A stretch of 64,000 nucleotides of DNA, taken from the NCBI GenBank assembly GCA_030141605.1, contig JAQGDQ010000093.1, positions 186,001 to 250,000 on the forward strand, read 5' to 3'. Position 1 is the first letter of the stretch; every line of letters begins with the position of its first letter. The stretch is from Tubiluchus corallicola. Lineage: Eukaryota; Animalia; Priapulida. Below the pieces are notes generated by a model, which had not been told where the DNA came from, did not search any database, and worked only from the letters and a program-made list of their open reading frames with translations. Shown in pieces: positions 51,254 to 64,000 of this stretch. The translations under genes were made by a program, and so were the position numbers.

Positions 51254-53039
51254 GTGAGGTTATTTTGTAAATTTGCCTGTCAGCTGCAAGAATTGCTTGC
51301 CTACAATGGCTATTTTTCGAAGCTGTGGATAAAACAAGCTGGTTCAAGGAGTAGCAGTATCACTTTGTTAATATTGTCACTTTTTCTGATTCAGTGAATT
51401 CTGTCCAATCCTGATTTGCAGTTTGACATCTAATCAAAGAAATAATTCTTACGTAAAGTTCAAACTTAATAAATTTTATTGTATAAAACGAAAATGCATT
51501 TTTGAAGCTAAAGAACAAGAAAACAGCATTCCTAATTTAACCTAGAAAAATGTGAAATTTCATATCGCTTACGTGTTGTCCTATTGCATTCAGGGCTTGC
51601 GTTAACAGCAATGCTGTATAAAAGTTGTAAATTTTAACTCCCAGTAGTTTAAACCCAGCCATCATAACGGTACGTCGTTTGAAACAAGTTTAGATAACAT
51701 TGCGTGATGTTTGAAAGGCATTCGTTGTGCACTCCTTACTAATTAAGTAAAAGTTCAAATTACTTTGTGTAAAATTACATTAAATGAGTTAGCAAAGTTT
51801 TGCCACGAATACTTTAAATTTCTAAGAATTTTCTTTTCCAATTACATAAGTCTTTCAATGAGGCAAATTCAGTGTTGAGTAACTTAACTTTATACGTAAA
51901 GCTCTTTTCAGATGTACTTTCAAATTCGCTTTTCTTTTATTTTAAACACAAATTTTCCAGGCCTGTATCTCTACAAGGACTGGAACTGGATCTTTTATTT
52001 TGCATGAGATATTCCAATTTTGTACTGTTTAGTTTGCTGCTGGCCAGAACTAATGTTCTGTACTGGTGGAAGGACTGGACTCTAGCTCATTCCCAAAGCT
52101 ATTCCTCCAATGTGAGACACGTATTAGGCATGGTTTTTGCCGCACAATTAACATCCATGGGGAACAGGAATAGGCCTAAGCCTGTGGGTAAATTGAGAGG
52201 CCACACACAGTTTTTCCCATAGACGCCTATCTCTTTATCAGTAGGGGCCAGCACTGATTAAGTTTTGCAGCCAAACATGTATCGTGACTACTCTGCCGTT
52301 TTTTCCCTCTCAGATTATTGCACATTTTTGTAACCACTTCGTACAACACCAGTAGCTCTGCTGTACTCTAGGTGTGAGTGAATTGTAGTGATTCTTAAAA
52401 TGTACTCTAAGTTTAGCATCAATTTCAGTTCATTTCTGCTTCACGCAGCAGTAAATTTCATGCTTTTTTAAAATGGTAACTGCTTATGGTACCATCTAAT
52501 TAATCATGGTTTTGCTTGATGTATGTAGCATTTCATAACTATTTGAGGTGTTTTAATAAAATTTGTAATGATTTTGTGTAGGACATACTCCAAGGATAAC
52601 AATTTAAATAACTCAATACTTATTTCCAAGGTGGTCCCAATTATTATTACCCGTTGCTTCGATAAACCCGCCTGCAGAAAATGCCCTCCTGTTACGTTCC
52701 GGGTAGCACTTCTACCATTTGTCATTGATGATTAAATTTAACAAAAAACTTTATCTTTGCGAGGGGGGAAATGGGCGTCCCCTCTGATATCCGGGTAAGC
52801 GCTTGTTTCGAACAAAACAGACAACGTGCAAATAATAATAGCAGGCCGGCGAAAACAAATGCTTCAGACACGTGGATTAATCAGAACTCAAAACGCTTTT
52901 ATTAAAACTTATAAAGATACAAAATAACACAAAACTCTTTGTAAAAAAACCTAAACGCAAAAGCGGTTTTCTTTATGTCTGCTAAAAGTAGTTCCCAATT
53001 CCACGGCATCCTTGCCAAATAGTTCCACTTTAAAAAAAA

Positions 53040-53200
53040 GAAGAAAATTGTTGTTTCCTACGTTCCTTGCAACAGCGCGTGTTTGATAGAAGAACCAGCG
53101 GTATCTTTTTTCGAATCTTTGGTATGACTTGGTCTGGCATTGAACCTGTGACCTCATTCATGGGAAACAAGCATGCTACTATTGAGCTATACCATCCGGT
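53040..53200 (-). mobile_element. tRNA-derived SINE (Nin-domain-like)
   Basis: - strand accggatggTATAGCTCAATAG...AGGTTCAATGCC then gtcataccaaagattcgaaaaaagatacc, resembling the Nin-SINE core as recalled. Confidence 0.65.
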
Positions 53201-53408
53201 GTGTTACAAACGTGCCGCTCACCGCAGCAGAGTTTTAATCCTATTCTTTTGTCAAAAGGCTTAATAAATATGTGCTTGCTTAGTGATTAATAACATTATT
53301 CTGAATAAATATTTCGACACCATGTTGACATGGGATTATCAACTTTCGGATCAAATTAATAAATAAAGAGAAACAAGTTGAGAACAATATTTATGTGCTT
53401 GCTTAGTA

Positions 53409-53996
53409 AAATCGTTTATGTCAGCAATTAAGTTTTTCTAGTTATTCACATCCTTTTCTCCATTTCATGAGGATCATTTTAATACAAAGCTCATCACTCT
53501 ATGTTATTTCTAAGCTGAGATAATCCACATTGAAGTTGAGGTGAAAGCTATGCAGTGAAAAACATAACCTTGAGAAAATCACTGTTAAAGTCAGCCATTG
53601 TTTTTTGTTGTGTTTCTACAAAACACTTAGCAACCGCAGAAATGTTGGTTGCTACGGACTTTACAATAGCACATTGAAGTTATGTTTAAATCCAGCAGAT
53701 GGCTCTTCCTGATGAAGATATGGTCTTGTCAACGAAGCAAAATGACTATTTTAACTAACTACTATCGGATTTTGAAATACGAGTTTTTTTACAATTGCAG
53801 TACTAGTTTTTAGGCGGAAAAATGGGTACGGGGTTATAAAATTAAATTTTTAGTATTTTGTAGCATTTTCCTGATGATTTGACGCTAGAATATAAAAGTC
53901 CAATATATTTAGCATTTGTTTTTATTAAAAAAATTGACATTTGACCAAATTTTTGGTGCATTCTTCTTTGAAGCATCATAACGTATAACTATGTTA
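53409..53996 (-). mobile_element. MITE family A copy (inverted)
   Basis: Reverse-complement match to 167-752. Confidence 0.8.
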
Positions 53997-54104
53997 TAAC
54001 TTCTCAGCGTGCCATTAAATGTTTTTTGTGTGCCATTTTATAAGCCACCATCGTTTGTGTGCAAACCACAAGTTCGTTTTGTTCATTTTGTTTTCTTCTT
54101 TCAG

Positions 54105-55066
54105 ATCGTCCGCGTTGGCGTGCATCTTCCCTTGTACGTGACCATCCAAAATGCAAATCCATGGCTCATTAACTCACTGCGCAATGTGATTCAGAAAGGA
54201 AAGAAAGCTCCTCGGCTAGATTACGGCGACGGCGACGGTGACGATGGAGCTTGTGCGCCTGCAGTAGAAGACTTAACGCATTTGGGCAAAAACGTCGACC
54301 ACAATAAGAGCAGACTTGCCGCGAAGCAAAAAAGTGACGGCGAACAGTATTCTACAGAGTATGACAGTGATATTTCTACGGGTGTGAATGCAGCAGACAG
54401 TGATATTTCTACTGGTGTGAACACTGCTGAAGAAACGGAAACATCTAATAAAGATGCCGTTGACGGTGAGCCGAGAAGTAAACGAGTCAAGTTATCTGCT
54501 CAGCTTCGGGGTGAACCTGAAATAAAAACCCTGAGGAAACGGCGACGAATAGAAGAGATTTGTGACGTCATTGCAAATAAAGCTAGTATGGGTGCCGCGA
54601 ACACTACACCAAGGACTGATGTCTCGGAAAATGAACCTTCAAGTGCGAAGGGAAGGGCAGCTAAGAGAAAGAGACACAAACTAGACGAGGAAGACCCAAC
54701 TGTGTATGATACTAGCACTAAGAGTGACTCTGCAAATAAGGATGTGAATATTGTAGAAGAGATTTCTCACGAAGAAGAACAATTGGCGGTGGATGAGAAA
54801 ACCAATAACGATGAAGATACTGAGCTTGTCTTTCACGGCGGCATTAAACCAGTTGACAGTGGAGATGATATTGTTGATTCAGCGTCCGTGGCTACTACAA
54901 TTAGACGGGACACGGACATGGAAGACAGGACACGTGGTAAGGATTCAGAAGATGGTCATCGTGCGAGGAAGATCGACGCATTCGTGAAAGACAAACCCAT
55001 GCCTGTGACGCTCCCGATGGTAACTAAGGATCGATGGAGGGAAATAGTAAAAGGAGAAGTTGCCAG
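54105..55066 (+). CDS. GTF3C1: GTF3C1 exon (962 nt, mostly a charged disordered linker)
   Basis: IVRVGV...ANPWLINS resembles recalled VLEVGG...AWPWLLHS; long polypyrimidine acceptor, AG|gtaag donor. Confidence 0.9.
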
Positions 55067-55734
55067 GTAAGCCTTGCTGCTGCTGTTGTTGTAGTCACTG
55101 CTGCTGCTGTTATTGTTTGTAATTCTGCATTGAAATATGAATGTTGATGGTAAATACTTACCATTGCTATTTTTTAAGGCTATGGACGGTTCAAGGGGTA
55201 GCAGTGGTTACGTACGTTTGGGAATATTGTCACTTTTTCTGATTCATTGTGTTCTTTCTGGGTGCTCCTGATTGACAGCTTTCTCATAATCATAGAAATA
55301 GTTCTTCTTAAAATTAAAATTTAAAAAAGTTTTTCCATAAAATGAAAATACAGTTTTGAAGTGACTGAAGTCTGTTCAGACTTTAAAATATAATATCCGA
55401 TCATTGACTTAAATGTGGACGGTGTTGCATCTGACTTGTGGAATTTGAATTTGATATTCATATTGCATATTTGAACCTAAATCAGTTGAAAACTAACCTA
55501 AATAAATTTACTTACAACTACAGTTTAACCTGTTTAAATCAAAAACTTACAACTACGGTTGCTCTACGTCTTTAGACATCAGTCTGTTTTACACTAAAAC
55601 CAATTATTTTAACAAATGAAGTATTAGTATCAACTTGATTGTCTGTAAAAAGCAGACAAGATTTTTTTCTCACGTCGACAAAAAAAATGCGGAAGCTCAG
55701 GTATCGCATATGCTTTGGAGTGCGGTAAAAGTAT

Positions 55735-56045
55735 AGAAGCTAAAAACAGCCCCCTATTTCTGTGTATTACAATTTTGCCGATGTTTGGAAGCTAAAGATA
55801 GCCTTATTTCTGTGTGTTATGATTTTGCCAATGTTTGGAAGCTAAAGATAGCCCTATTGCTGGGTGTTACGATTTTGTCGATGTTTGGAAGCTAAAGATA
55901 GCCCTATCTCTGTGTGTCATGATTTTCCGATGTTTGGAAGCTAAAGATAGCCCTATCTCTGGGTATTACGATTTTGCCGATGTTTGGAAGCTATAGATAG
56001 CCCTATTTCTGTGTGTTACAATTTCGTCATTGTTTTGAAACATAA
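55735..56045. repeat. 50-bp minisatellite, about 6 units
   Basis: Unit GAAGCTAAAGATAGCCCTATTTCTGTGTGTTACGATTTTGCCGATGTTTG. Confidence 0.92.
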
Positions 56046-56833
56046 AAGTATCTTACAAAAACTTTATAGGCAATTGTTGTTGTTGTTTTAGTGTTAAACA
56101 ATACATAAAAAACCTAGAACGTGTTTGTATATTCTTGGTGATTAAAACGACTGACTGCTGTATCCATTTTACATTCATACTTGTCATTCACGTGTAAAGG
56201 AAAGGACACACCTTCTCGGAAGTTAAGCTAATTTCAAGGCTATTGAATGTTAAAAGGATTTAGTGGCAAAAGTGTGGTAAGCACCTTGTGTAATTAGTAA
56301 AATCACTTTAAAGTCACTGTCAAATGCACGCTTGGGTGCTCCCATTTTGAATGCCAATTCTTCCACCAATGACGTCGTTCATCGGCTGAAGAAAAGCAGC
56401 ACATTGTCAGTTTCCATTAAAAGAATAATAAGTTTTTAGGAAAAATTCAGAAGGTAACTCAAAAGTTTGAATTAGTTTAAGAAGCGCACGTTTTTACGCA
56501 AAGCCACAATTCGCTTACGTAAGTCAAGAAGTCCGCCAGTTATGTCATAATTTTGAAGTCAGTGGCGGCAACCACTGTGCCTGAAAATTTCTTCACAGAA
56601 TTAGTATGAATTAACCTTATGCTTTATAGTTTTTTACAAATTTCTTTGTTATATTTTTCTAAGTTTAAGTGCTACCAGTAAAATAAACCCAACATACTGA
56701 GTGACTTGTTCTTTCCTTTAAGCAACAGGCAACAAGATTACAACAAAATAATGGTGGACAGTGTTTTTATACAAAGCTCGTTTTTAAGGAGAGTTTGTTA
56801 AAATGTGATAAAAACTATCATTTCTATTTGCAG

Positions 56834-57026
56834 GCACATGGAACCGGTGAGACTTTGTCCTCGTCCGTGGATCAAAGTGGATGGCCTCATCAACCGCCAA
56901 ATTCTGAAGAGTATGGCGGAGACCCTGTTCCTGTGCATCATGGCGAATCCGGGCTTGAGTTTTGCCAAGTTGTGCGAGAAGTACAAGCTAATGATGCATC
57001 CAGTATGCTTGAGTGAACTACTAGAG
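56834..57026 (+). CDS. GTF3C1: GTF3C1 exon (conserved C-terminal domain)
   Basis: RPWIKVDGLINRQILKSMAETLFLCIMANPGL...HPVCLSELLE resembles recalled RPWRVVDGHLN...HIMTRPGI...QPVAVLELL. Confidence 0.93.
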
Positions 57027-57559
57027 GTGAGTACTGGAATGTAGTGCAGAGTAACGTAGCTACACAGATTGGAATTTTATGTAGCGTACTACAGCTTGTA
57101 TTAAAGTATTATGTGCCGGTTTTTTATACAAGTTATCCCAAACAAGGGAAATAACTTCTGGGAATAAAAATCTGCACTGAAAGTGTGAAAAAATCAATAC
57201 ATGTCTATAGAGAAACAGTGTTCACAAATGTAATTTTACTAGTGGTGGAAGATTCTTGAATCGAGTGCAGCTAAAGTTTTGGGCAAACAGGTTCCTTATA
57301 CAGAATTCCGTGGATAAGAAGTCTGAAAGAAAAAATTGGATTTATGAGGAATCGGTCTACATTTAAGAATGCTAGGATTTCTTTTGGAAATAATATCTCA
57401 TGTTTACTATGTACATAGTGTTCATTCTGTATGATTATGATGATAATATTAATAATAATAATAATAATAACTTTTAAAGTCCGCTTTAAATTCAACACAC
57501 AACACAAACCTGCCATGAAGCTTTTATCACTGACTGTAAATAATAAACTACACCTACAT

Positions 57560-57713
57560 AACAAAGATTATTATTATCCCACTTTTACCCTAAATACCAC
57601 GCACCAGGCGGAGCAACAGCAGGTACCGTTTCTAGTATGTCTCGGCTGCTCTAACATACTAATGACCTCCCAGACTAAAGCGCAAGCGTTACCACTAGAC
57701 TAAGCCGTCTGGT
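57560..57713 (-). mobile_element. tRNA-derived SINE (Nin-like), degenerate
   Basis: - strand accagacggcttagtctagtggtaacg...aaacggtacctgctgttgctccgcc, ending in a (TAA)n-like tail. Confidence 0.55.
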
Positions 57714-58171
57714 GGTCTGTATCACTGTTGAGTTTGAGTATGACTATCATTCTGCAAACACTTTGCTATAATGGTAACGTACTGCATGTGATGCCATCTA
57801 TTGACAACAAAATGGGGTGCTGTTTGTGATAAAAACGTTGTTCTCGACTTTTTCGTTTAAACGTGTTTTCCTTTCGGTAATCTTCAGAATTTACAGACCA
57901 CTGATAACTGACTGCATTGCACTCTTGAATTTCACTCTCTGCCATCTCTACTGTATGGTCAGTTTAGGCCTTTTATGTCTGACAAAGATGAAGAAATTTA
58001 ATTTTCTAAAAATATTTATGCAGTTGTATTATAGAGTAATGATTTGCTAGCTTTGTTGCTGCTGGGAAAAGATAATCTTAACTTACATACATTATTTTTT
58101 ACTGTTACTAAAAAAGTATAGTTTTTAAAGTATGCTGAAAGTAATGCATTGTTTTCATTTTGCGTTTACAG

Positions 58172-58262
58172 TTGCTACAAGAGGCGGGCTGCATCAGGAC
58201 TCGGCATGTCAGGAAAAGTCACTCGGCTAGCTTGTTCTCCAAACCTTGCGAAATTGCATTAG
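58172..58262 (+). CDS. GTF3C1: GTF3C1 exon
   Basis: LQEAGCIRTRHVRK...SLFSKP resembles recalled LESLGCIRKRWLRK..SLFSTP. Confidence 0.92.
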
Positions 58263-59389
58263 GTAACTTTAATTTGATTATGATAGTGAAAGGCAGGGTG
58301 TTCATAAACCATCGCAGTTTATTTTACAAGAATTATTACCCATTTATTAGGTGTTGTGGAGATCTGGAATATTCTATAGTGTAGTAAAACAATCTTCTTA
58401 TCTTGTGGAAGTTTCGAGAACTTTCTATTTCTAGATTGTTCCTTTGCACTGTTATATAAGGCGGATCTGGCCGCTGGAGTTTATTCTCTTGTATCCTCGT
58501 ATTCTCAGATTCTCAGATATGCTTTCTCACTTTCACGTTTCCAGATTATCACTTGACTGTAAACATTTCGCATTCCTTCATACTTTTGTGTTGTAGAATA
58601 CTCGTATAATAAACTAATTTAATTTGACGACGTGTTTTCTGGTTTTCTCTATGAGCCTTCCGAGAGAAACAAAACACAACATTAGGTAACTGTTTAGAAC
58701 TCTCTGTACTGTGCGCATGCAAATGCTTTCTCCAAAAAAGAAAGCCCTGTTGAAATGCTTTTTGAAAATTTAAGCAAAACTAGCTGCAGTTGTTGTTTAT
58801 CTTTCAAAACCTAGATATGCAAAAAATTTACTAATCAAAGTTTTGTTTTGGTAATTGGTACATATGTCTCTGTAAAACTGTTTTATTTAGGTGAACGTAC
58901 TGTTACAGCTAAGTGTGATTACATGTAGTAGAAATATCGATTGAATGAATATGTAACTTAGTCATAAGTCTTAACTATGATGTACATTCAAACCTCTTTA
59001 TACTGCCTACTTTGGGATTGCAAATAAAGTTGGCATTATAGCAAGATTGGCATTCTAACGAAGTACATTAATACATACATGTCTATACATATAGAGACAT
59101 TTTGTTTTGCTAAAAATTTAGGCATTAAACAAAGTTAACATTATAAACGAATGGTGTCATAATGAAGATTTAGTATATGTAATTAAATCCTCCAGGTTTC
59201 GGATTTGTTTATTTATTCATTGTAAGTGTTGCTATCATTGTGTTATAAAAAGTTCATGTATAATCAGTCCATAAAGCAAAATGATTAACACTGAGAAACA
59301 GAAAAGGTCAATGAAATGCAATCGAATTGACTTGTCAACATATACGTTGTTAAAATGCACAGTGTCAACAAGATTTGTAATTTTTGCAG

Positions 59390-59487
59390 TTGATGTTGCT
59401 GAAGCCGGATCCATTGCCGTATACGAAGTTGAAATGGACGGCATCATACGACTAGGTCAGATTCTCGCGTTCCGCAAACATGTGTGA
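59390..59487 (+). CDS. GTF3C1: GTF3C1 terminal coding exon
   Basis: YEVEMDGIIRLGQI...HV-stop resembles recalled YEPTLDCTLRLGRV. Confidence 0.9.
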
Positions 59488-59778
59488 AAGACAGTTCTTG
59501 ATAAAAACAGTTTCCATGGTGATCATTGTACTGGAAAAGCATGGATTTTTTGCTGTGGAATTCCCAAAGAACAAAGCAAAAAATGGTGCTGTCAAAAGCT
59601 TCTCTGACAGCGAAAAACTCCGGACTCATCTCAAAGCGACATCTAGTAATTGTTGCATGCACTCCCACACAGTCACTATCAAGATTCAAGGTTGCCAATA
59701 TGGCAAAAAATTTGCTAAAAACAGCAAGCTCATCACCCATGCTGAAATTCGTTAGAAATAAGGGCTGGAACAAGTCAC

Positions 59779-60380
59779 TTGGGGTGAGCATTCCCTACCA
59801 GAAAGCGAATTCTAATCTAATCGAATTGTGACTTTCGAATTCGAATCGAACCGAACTTCAGTATTTCGAATTCGAGTTGAGATTGAAAGATTTTCAAACA
59901 AGTTTCCAAACTACCAGCAAAAATTAGTCTTGCAAAGTGTCAAAGATTATGCATATTACTCGATTTTGTTCTGCAGTAAAATCTCTAGTAATTGGTTTAA
60001 AAATTGCCCAGACTTCAGTTTAATATGATATTCCTGTGTTGAATTTAAAAAGTTTCAATGATTTATTTTGCAGCCTGGCCCACAGCTGTTGTCTTAATAC
60101 ACTAACCACTCATAAAACGTGAGCATGTAATATTTAAACATGTATACATAGTAATTTCATACGACTTATATTGAAAAAATGTCAAGTAATTAGTAGGGGT
60201 GAGCATTCTCTACCAGAAATCAAATTAGAATCGAATTGAATGATGTTTCAATCATTTCAATGACAAAGAACATATGTGACTGAAGTGCTGAATTATTCGA
60301 ATCTATACTTTTTTGTTCAAATTGAATTCGAACTAAAAAACTTGTTTGAATCGAATTCGAACATTCAGTGCTCACCCCTA
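59779..60380. mobile_element. Composite hAT MITE (family B) carrying captured genomic DNA
   Basis: Outer TIRs with TSD caagtcac/ccagtcag; 60009-60241 is the reverse complement of about 12480-12713. Confidence 0.85.
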
Positions 60381-60537
60381 CCAGTCAGTATGTCATTAAA
60401 AATGTTGCACTGGCAAATCCTTTTCTCATGTAACTCACTATAAGACGCAGAGAAATAAGTGAGTGTATGAAAAGTACATACCTGTGGATTTTGAAAAGTA
60501 CATACCTGTGAATCTTGAGGTGCTACCACCTCTTTGT

Positions 60538-60543
60538 AATAAA
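60538..60543 (+). terminator. Candidate GTF3C1 polyadenylation signal
   Basis: First AATAAA I see after the stop, followed by T-rich ttttgtttct. Confidence 0.45.
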
Positions 60544-62389
60544 CTGTGATGAACATTTTGTTTCTAAGCTAATTCAAAACTTCGTACGCTTCCACTCAAA
60601 ATAATGAGTAATTTTTTTCATCATTTCCTTTTTAATGCTTAATGGCAAATTCAAATTTGTGAGTTAACTAATCTTAATCAATGTCGCCAAGTTAACTCAC
60701 AAGTGTGTTCAGTTAGTGTCAGAGAGCGCAAAGCAGTTCACACTTGCCAGTTTGCTGTCAGAAAGAAAACTTGTGACAAAAAATTCATTAGTTTGAATGT
60801 GCGGTTAAAGCACAATACTATATCATTGTGCATTGTTAAATTTTTCGTGGTTAAAAGTTCACTTGTATTAGAATGTAGGTAAGTTATTTAATTCTCAAGT
60901 CGCTCGGAAAAATGAAATCAACGCCTTTTAAAAAGCGCCTGTACAGTTGATGTTGGTCATAAAATGACCAAAGAAAATTTTAAATCAGGACCTATGTAAA
61001 TTAACGAACAAGAAAGAATAAAGAGAGTCATACAGAAGTGTCGGCTTAGACGAATTGAACATGTCTTTAGATTACCACAGGATTTTCCACTTACTACAGC
61101 ATCACATCATGTACTAATACGTTGGAGGAAACCAAGTGGAGGACAGCTGATCTGATTTGATGTTCTAGAAAAAGACTTATTGAATACTTCTCTTGACGTA
61201 AACAACAGATTCCAGATACTTGGCATGTGGCAGCAGAATGCTGCCCCCGCCCCTGCTATGTACTGCTGGCACCCCTGCAAATTAATAATCTTTAATTTAA
61301 AGTTCAGACTGTAACCTAGACTTGGGTATCATAGAGTATCGTGCTTCAGACTGTATCATTGCCCTTAAATGCTGTAAATTGTAAACGTTCTATATTAATG
61401 AAATTTTCGTATTTACTTGCAGGTGCTAAATTTTAATAAAGTAATTTGAAAAAGTTTACTAAACACATTGAATTCAGTTTTACTTGCATCAGAAATTCTT
61501 CTGCATTTTACTAAATTGTGAAGTCAACGAATAAAGAGGCACCTGAACTGTTCTGTTCACCTATTTTTTTATAAACATATTTATTTGAATATGGTAAACA
61601 GTGGCAAACAGCAAATAAATCCTAATCGAGTTACCCCAGGCTGCAAAACTTACAGGAGTGGAGTTTAACAGGAAAAATTAGTCTATCACAAACTATGCAT
61701 AACTATTGCAATTGTTGATTTAAGATAATTAAAACGTTTAGATGAAGCAATATATTGCTGTATCAGGTCAAATACGATGACGCTCTGTTCATAACTTAGT
61801 AGAGAACTACCGTAAAGAAAAACTTGAAATTTTTGTGGGTCAAACTTATTTATATCAAACAGCTAATGTGTTTGTTTGGTATAGGTTTCTTAGTCGTTCT
61901 TCGAGTTTCTCTCTACTAGCAACGTGCAAAAGGCAATCGAGCAAATAATGTTTAATATTTTCAATTTGAAAACCGCAGATACAATTGCCTGCTTTGCATG
62001 GTAACATTTAATATAATTGTGTTTTAAAAACAGATATAAAAAATGCAAATTTACAACAACTATGTATGTAAAAGTTTGACATGGTGGGCGAATCGTAATG
62101 TACATACAAATTGTGTCAATTAAATTCAAAATTATGAAAAAAAGCTTTCGATTTTATTTCTTTATTTTATTTTCAGTAATAATAGTAAGAGTACTAATAC
62201 TAATAGTACTAATACTAGTACTAATACTAATACTTTACTAATAGTAAGAGCTTGCGACTGACGCATATTTAGTGTAAGGCACTCAACTGGATGTAAATTA
62301 CTGAATATAAAAACGAGTACACTGATGATTATTTGCATATACTTACCTATTTACGAACTTTGTAGTGCAAATACTGCACTAATGAATTA

Positions 62390-62872
62390 TAGTAAAACCT
62401 CTTTATACAGGGTTCCTACAGAATTTTAAGATGAACTTTCCTGACCAAATATTGATTTTTAATGACCAAGATAAGCAGAAATTGTGTTACCAGTATACAC
62501 ATTCAAACATTTTTGTGTATGGACATTCATACATATACTGATGTATAATGTGTCCGCCAATTATTATTTTTGGAAGAGAAATCGAAACTGGAAATATTTT
62601 ATTTGAACACGAATCGCTGAAAATATGTTTGGAAAAAAATGGGTTCACGGTGATAATTTTTGAAATCCTTTCCAATTTCCCTGAATTTTCGCTCCATTTT
62701 CATCATTTTCCTTCACTTTTTACCAAATTATCCTTTTCCATGACTTTCCAGAATTGCCTGTATTTTCAAGGATTTTCCCTAACCGTAGGAACTCTGGGAA
62801 TTATACTGCCAACTTTGGGACTCCAGAAAAGTTAGCAGTAAGCAAATTTGGCATTATAACGAGGTTTGACTG
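62390..62872. mobile_element. pogo-type MITE with nested CAGGGTTCCTAC-ended element (62408-62796)
   Basis: agtaaaacctctttata | cagggttcctac...gtaggaactctg | ...ctgccaactttggga...gaggtttgactg; uninterrupted relative near 58985-59175; partial inner-type copy at 28060-28320. Confidence 0.65.
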
Positions 62873-64000
62873 AACTGTACAAGTCACAGAACTGGATGTA
62901 AAATACTGAATAACTAATCTAAAAATAAGTACATTGGTTCTTTACATATTTTTTAGCCACCTATGCAGTTTATAGTGCAAATACATCTACTGCACTAATG
63001 AGTTATAAAGCACATTCATATCCTTTGGACACTAAAACTTGCCTAGTTTTACTACAACACACTTCAATTTTCGCTTAGGCAAACGCGTTGCAACACGCTC
63101 ATGGAATAGTTTTGCTGTTAAAAATTATGTTTGTTTGTGATGTCATTAGAAGTTTAGTGCCAACTGAAGTGAGCAAGAAGCATGACCAATAAAGATGCTT
63201 TTTAAATTTTCCTGCAAAAATGTATTTAATCACATCATTCATTAAGAAACAATACAGTTCCAAGTGAATTACAGTAAGTACATCTATTTTAATTAGAATC
63301 AGAGATCATCAAAAATTTTTAGCACTAGTACAAACCACGATATCTGCAAAATAAGATACACCAATTGGTGAAGACAGGTGCACAAAATATTTAGCTCCAG
63401 GTAAAACCGCGTTATAACGCCCCCTCCTTTATAATGTCAAACTTGCTTAATGCACACATTTTTAGCAAAATAAAACATCTATATGTTCATAGACATGTAT
63501 GTATTAAGACACTTTGTTATGTAGGCTACATAAACAGGATTGACTGCATGTCTTTTTTTGTATGTGCAGCAGCTGCAGGGCAGTAAAAATGTGTGTATTG
63601 TCAGCTGACCACACCCCTTACATCTGTAATGTGAACAAGCCTATTCGCAGTTCCAGTGATCGTGAAAATAGCAAAGGCTAGGTGTATCAAACAACGCATT
63701 TGTGTACACTTGACAATGCCTCGCAGCCCAATATGTTGTAATACTAATACATATATATATATACAGTAGTCGCCGCTTAATAGACTCACGGTTAATAGAT
63801 TCAATCGCTTAATTAAAAATGCCTTAGGCCCTATTTAAAAGCATAAGTACGATAGATATCTTTTTTTACTATTGTTACGTTGTTTTATCACTAATTATGT
63901 AAATAATCTGACTGATTCCATTTGTATGAAATACTTATGTAAAGTATGTTCGAAATGATGTTAATAATATTACTATACTAGATTTTCGGTCTTTAACTAC

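Noticed and set aside
59444-60028. Overlapping 66-115 aa ORFs after the GTF3C1 stop
   Set aside because: No motifs or splice support; they run through UTR and MITE sequence.

Overview
AT-rich, repeat-dense invertebrate animal DNA; no prokaryotic features. There are two protein-coding genes. (1) A C-terminal Src kinase (Csk) on the - strand (5723-7159) with an intronless CDS, a His-rich SH3-SH2 linker and a chain of overlapping uORFs. (2) The 3' half of GTF3C1 (TFIIIC220) on the + strand: 18 phase-consistent exons from 29964 to the stop at 59487, about 1260 aa. The first visible GTF3C1 exon starts mid-codon at the conserved HLKRNWxW motif and I see no upstream coding exon in the preceding 30 kb, so Csk appears nested antisense in a large GTF3C1 intron. 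Introns hold hAT-, Kolobok-, piggyBac- and pogo-type MITEs (some nested), tRNA-derived SINEs, LINE and Penelope remnants, and mini/microsatellites. The most unusual non-coding items are an inverted-repeat element whose arms carry minimal hammerhead ribozyme motifs (46.66-47.37 kb), and a MITE just after the GTF3C1 stop that captured about 185 bp of unique DNA from 47 kb away. All calls were made by eye; homology statements rest on recalled family motifs, not on searches.
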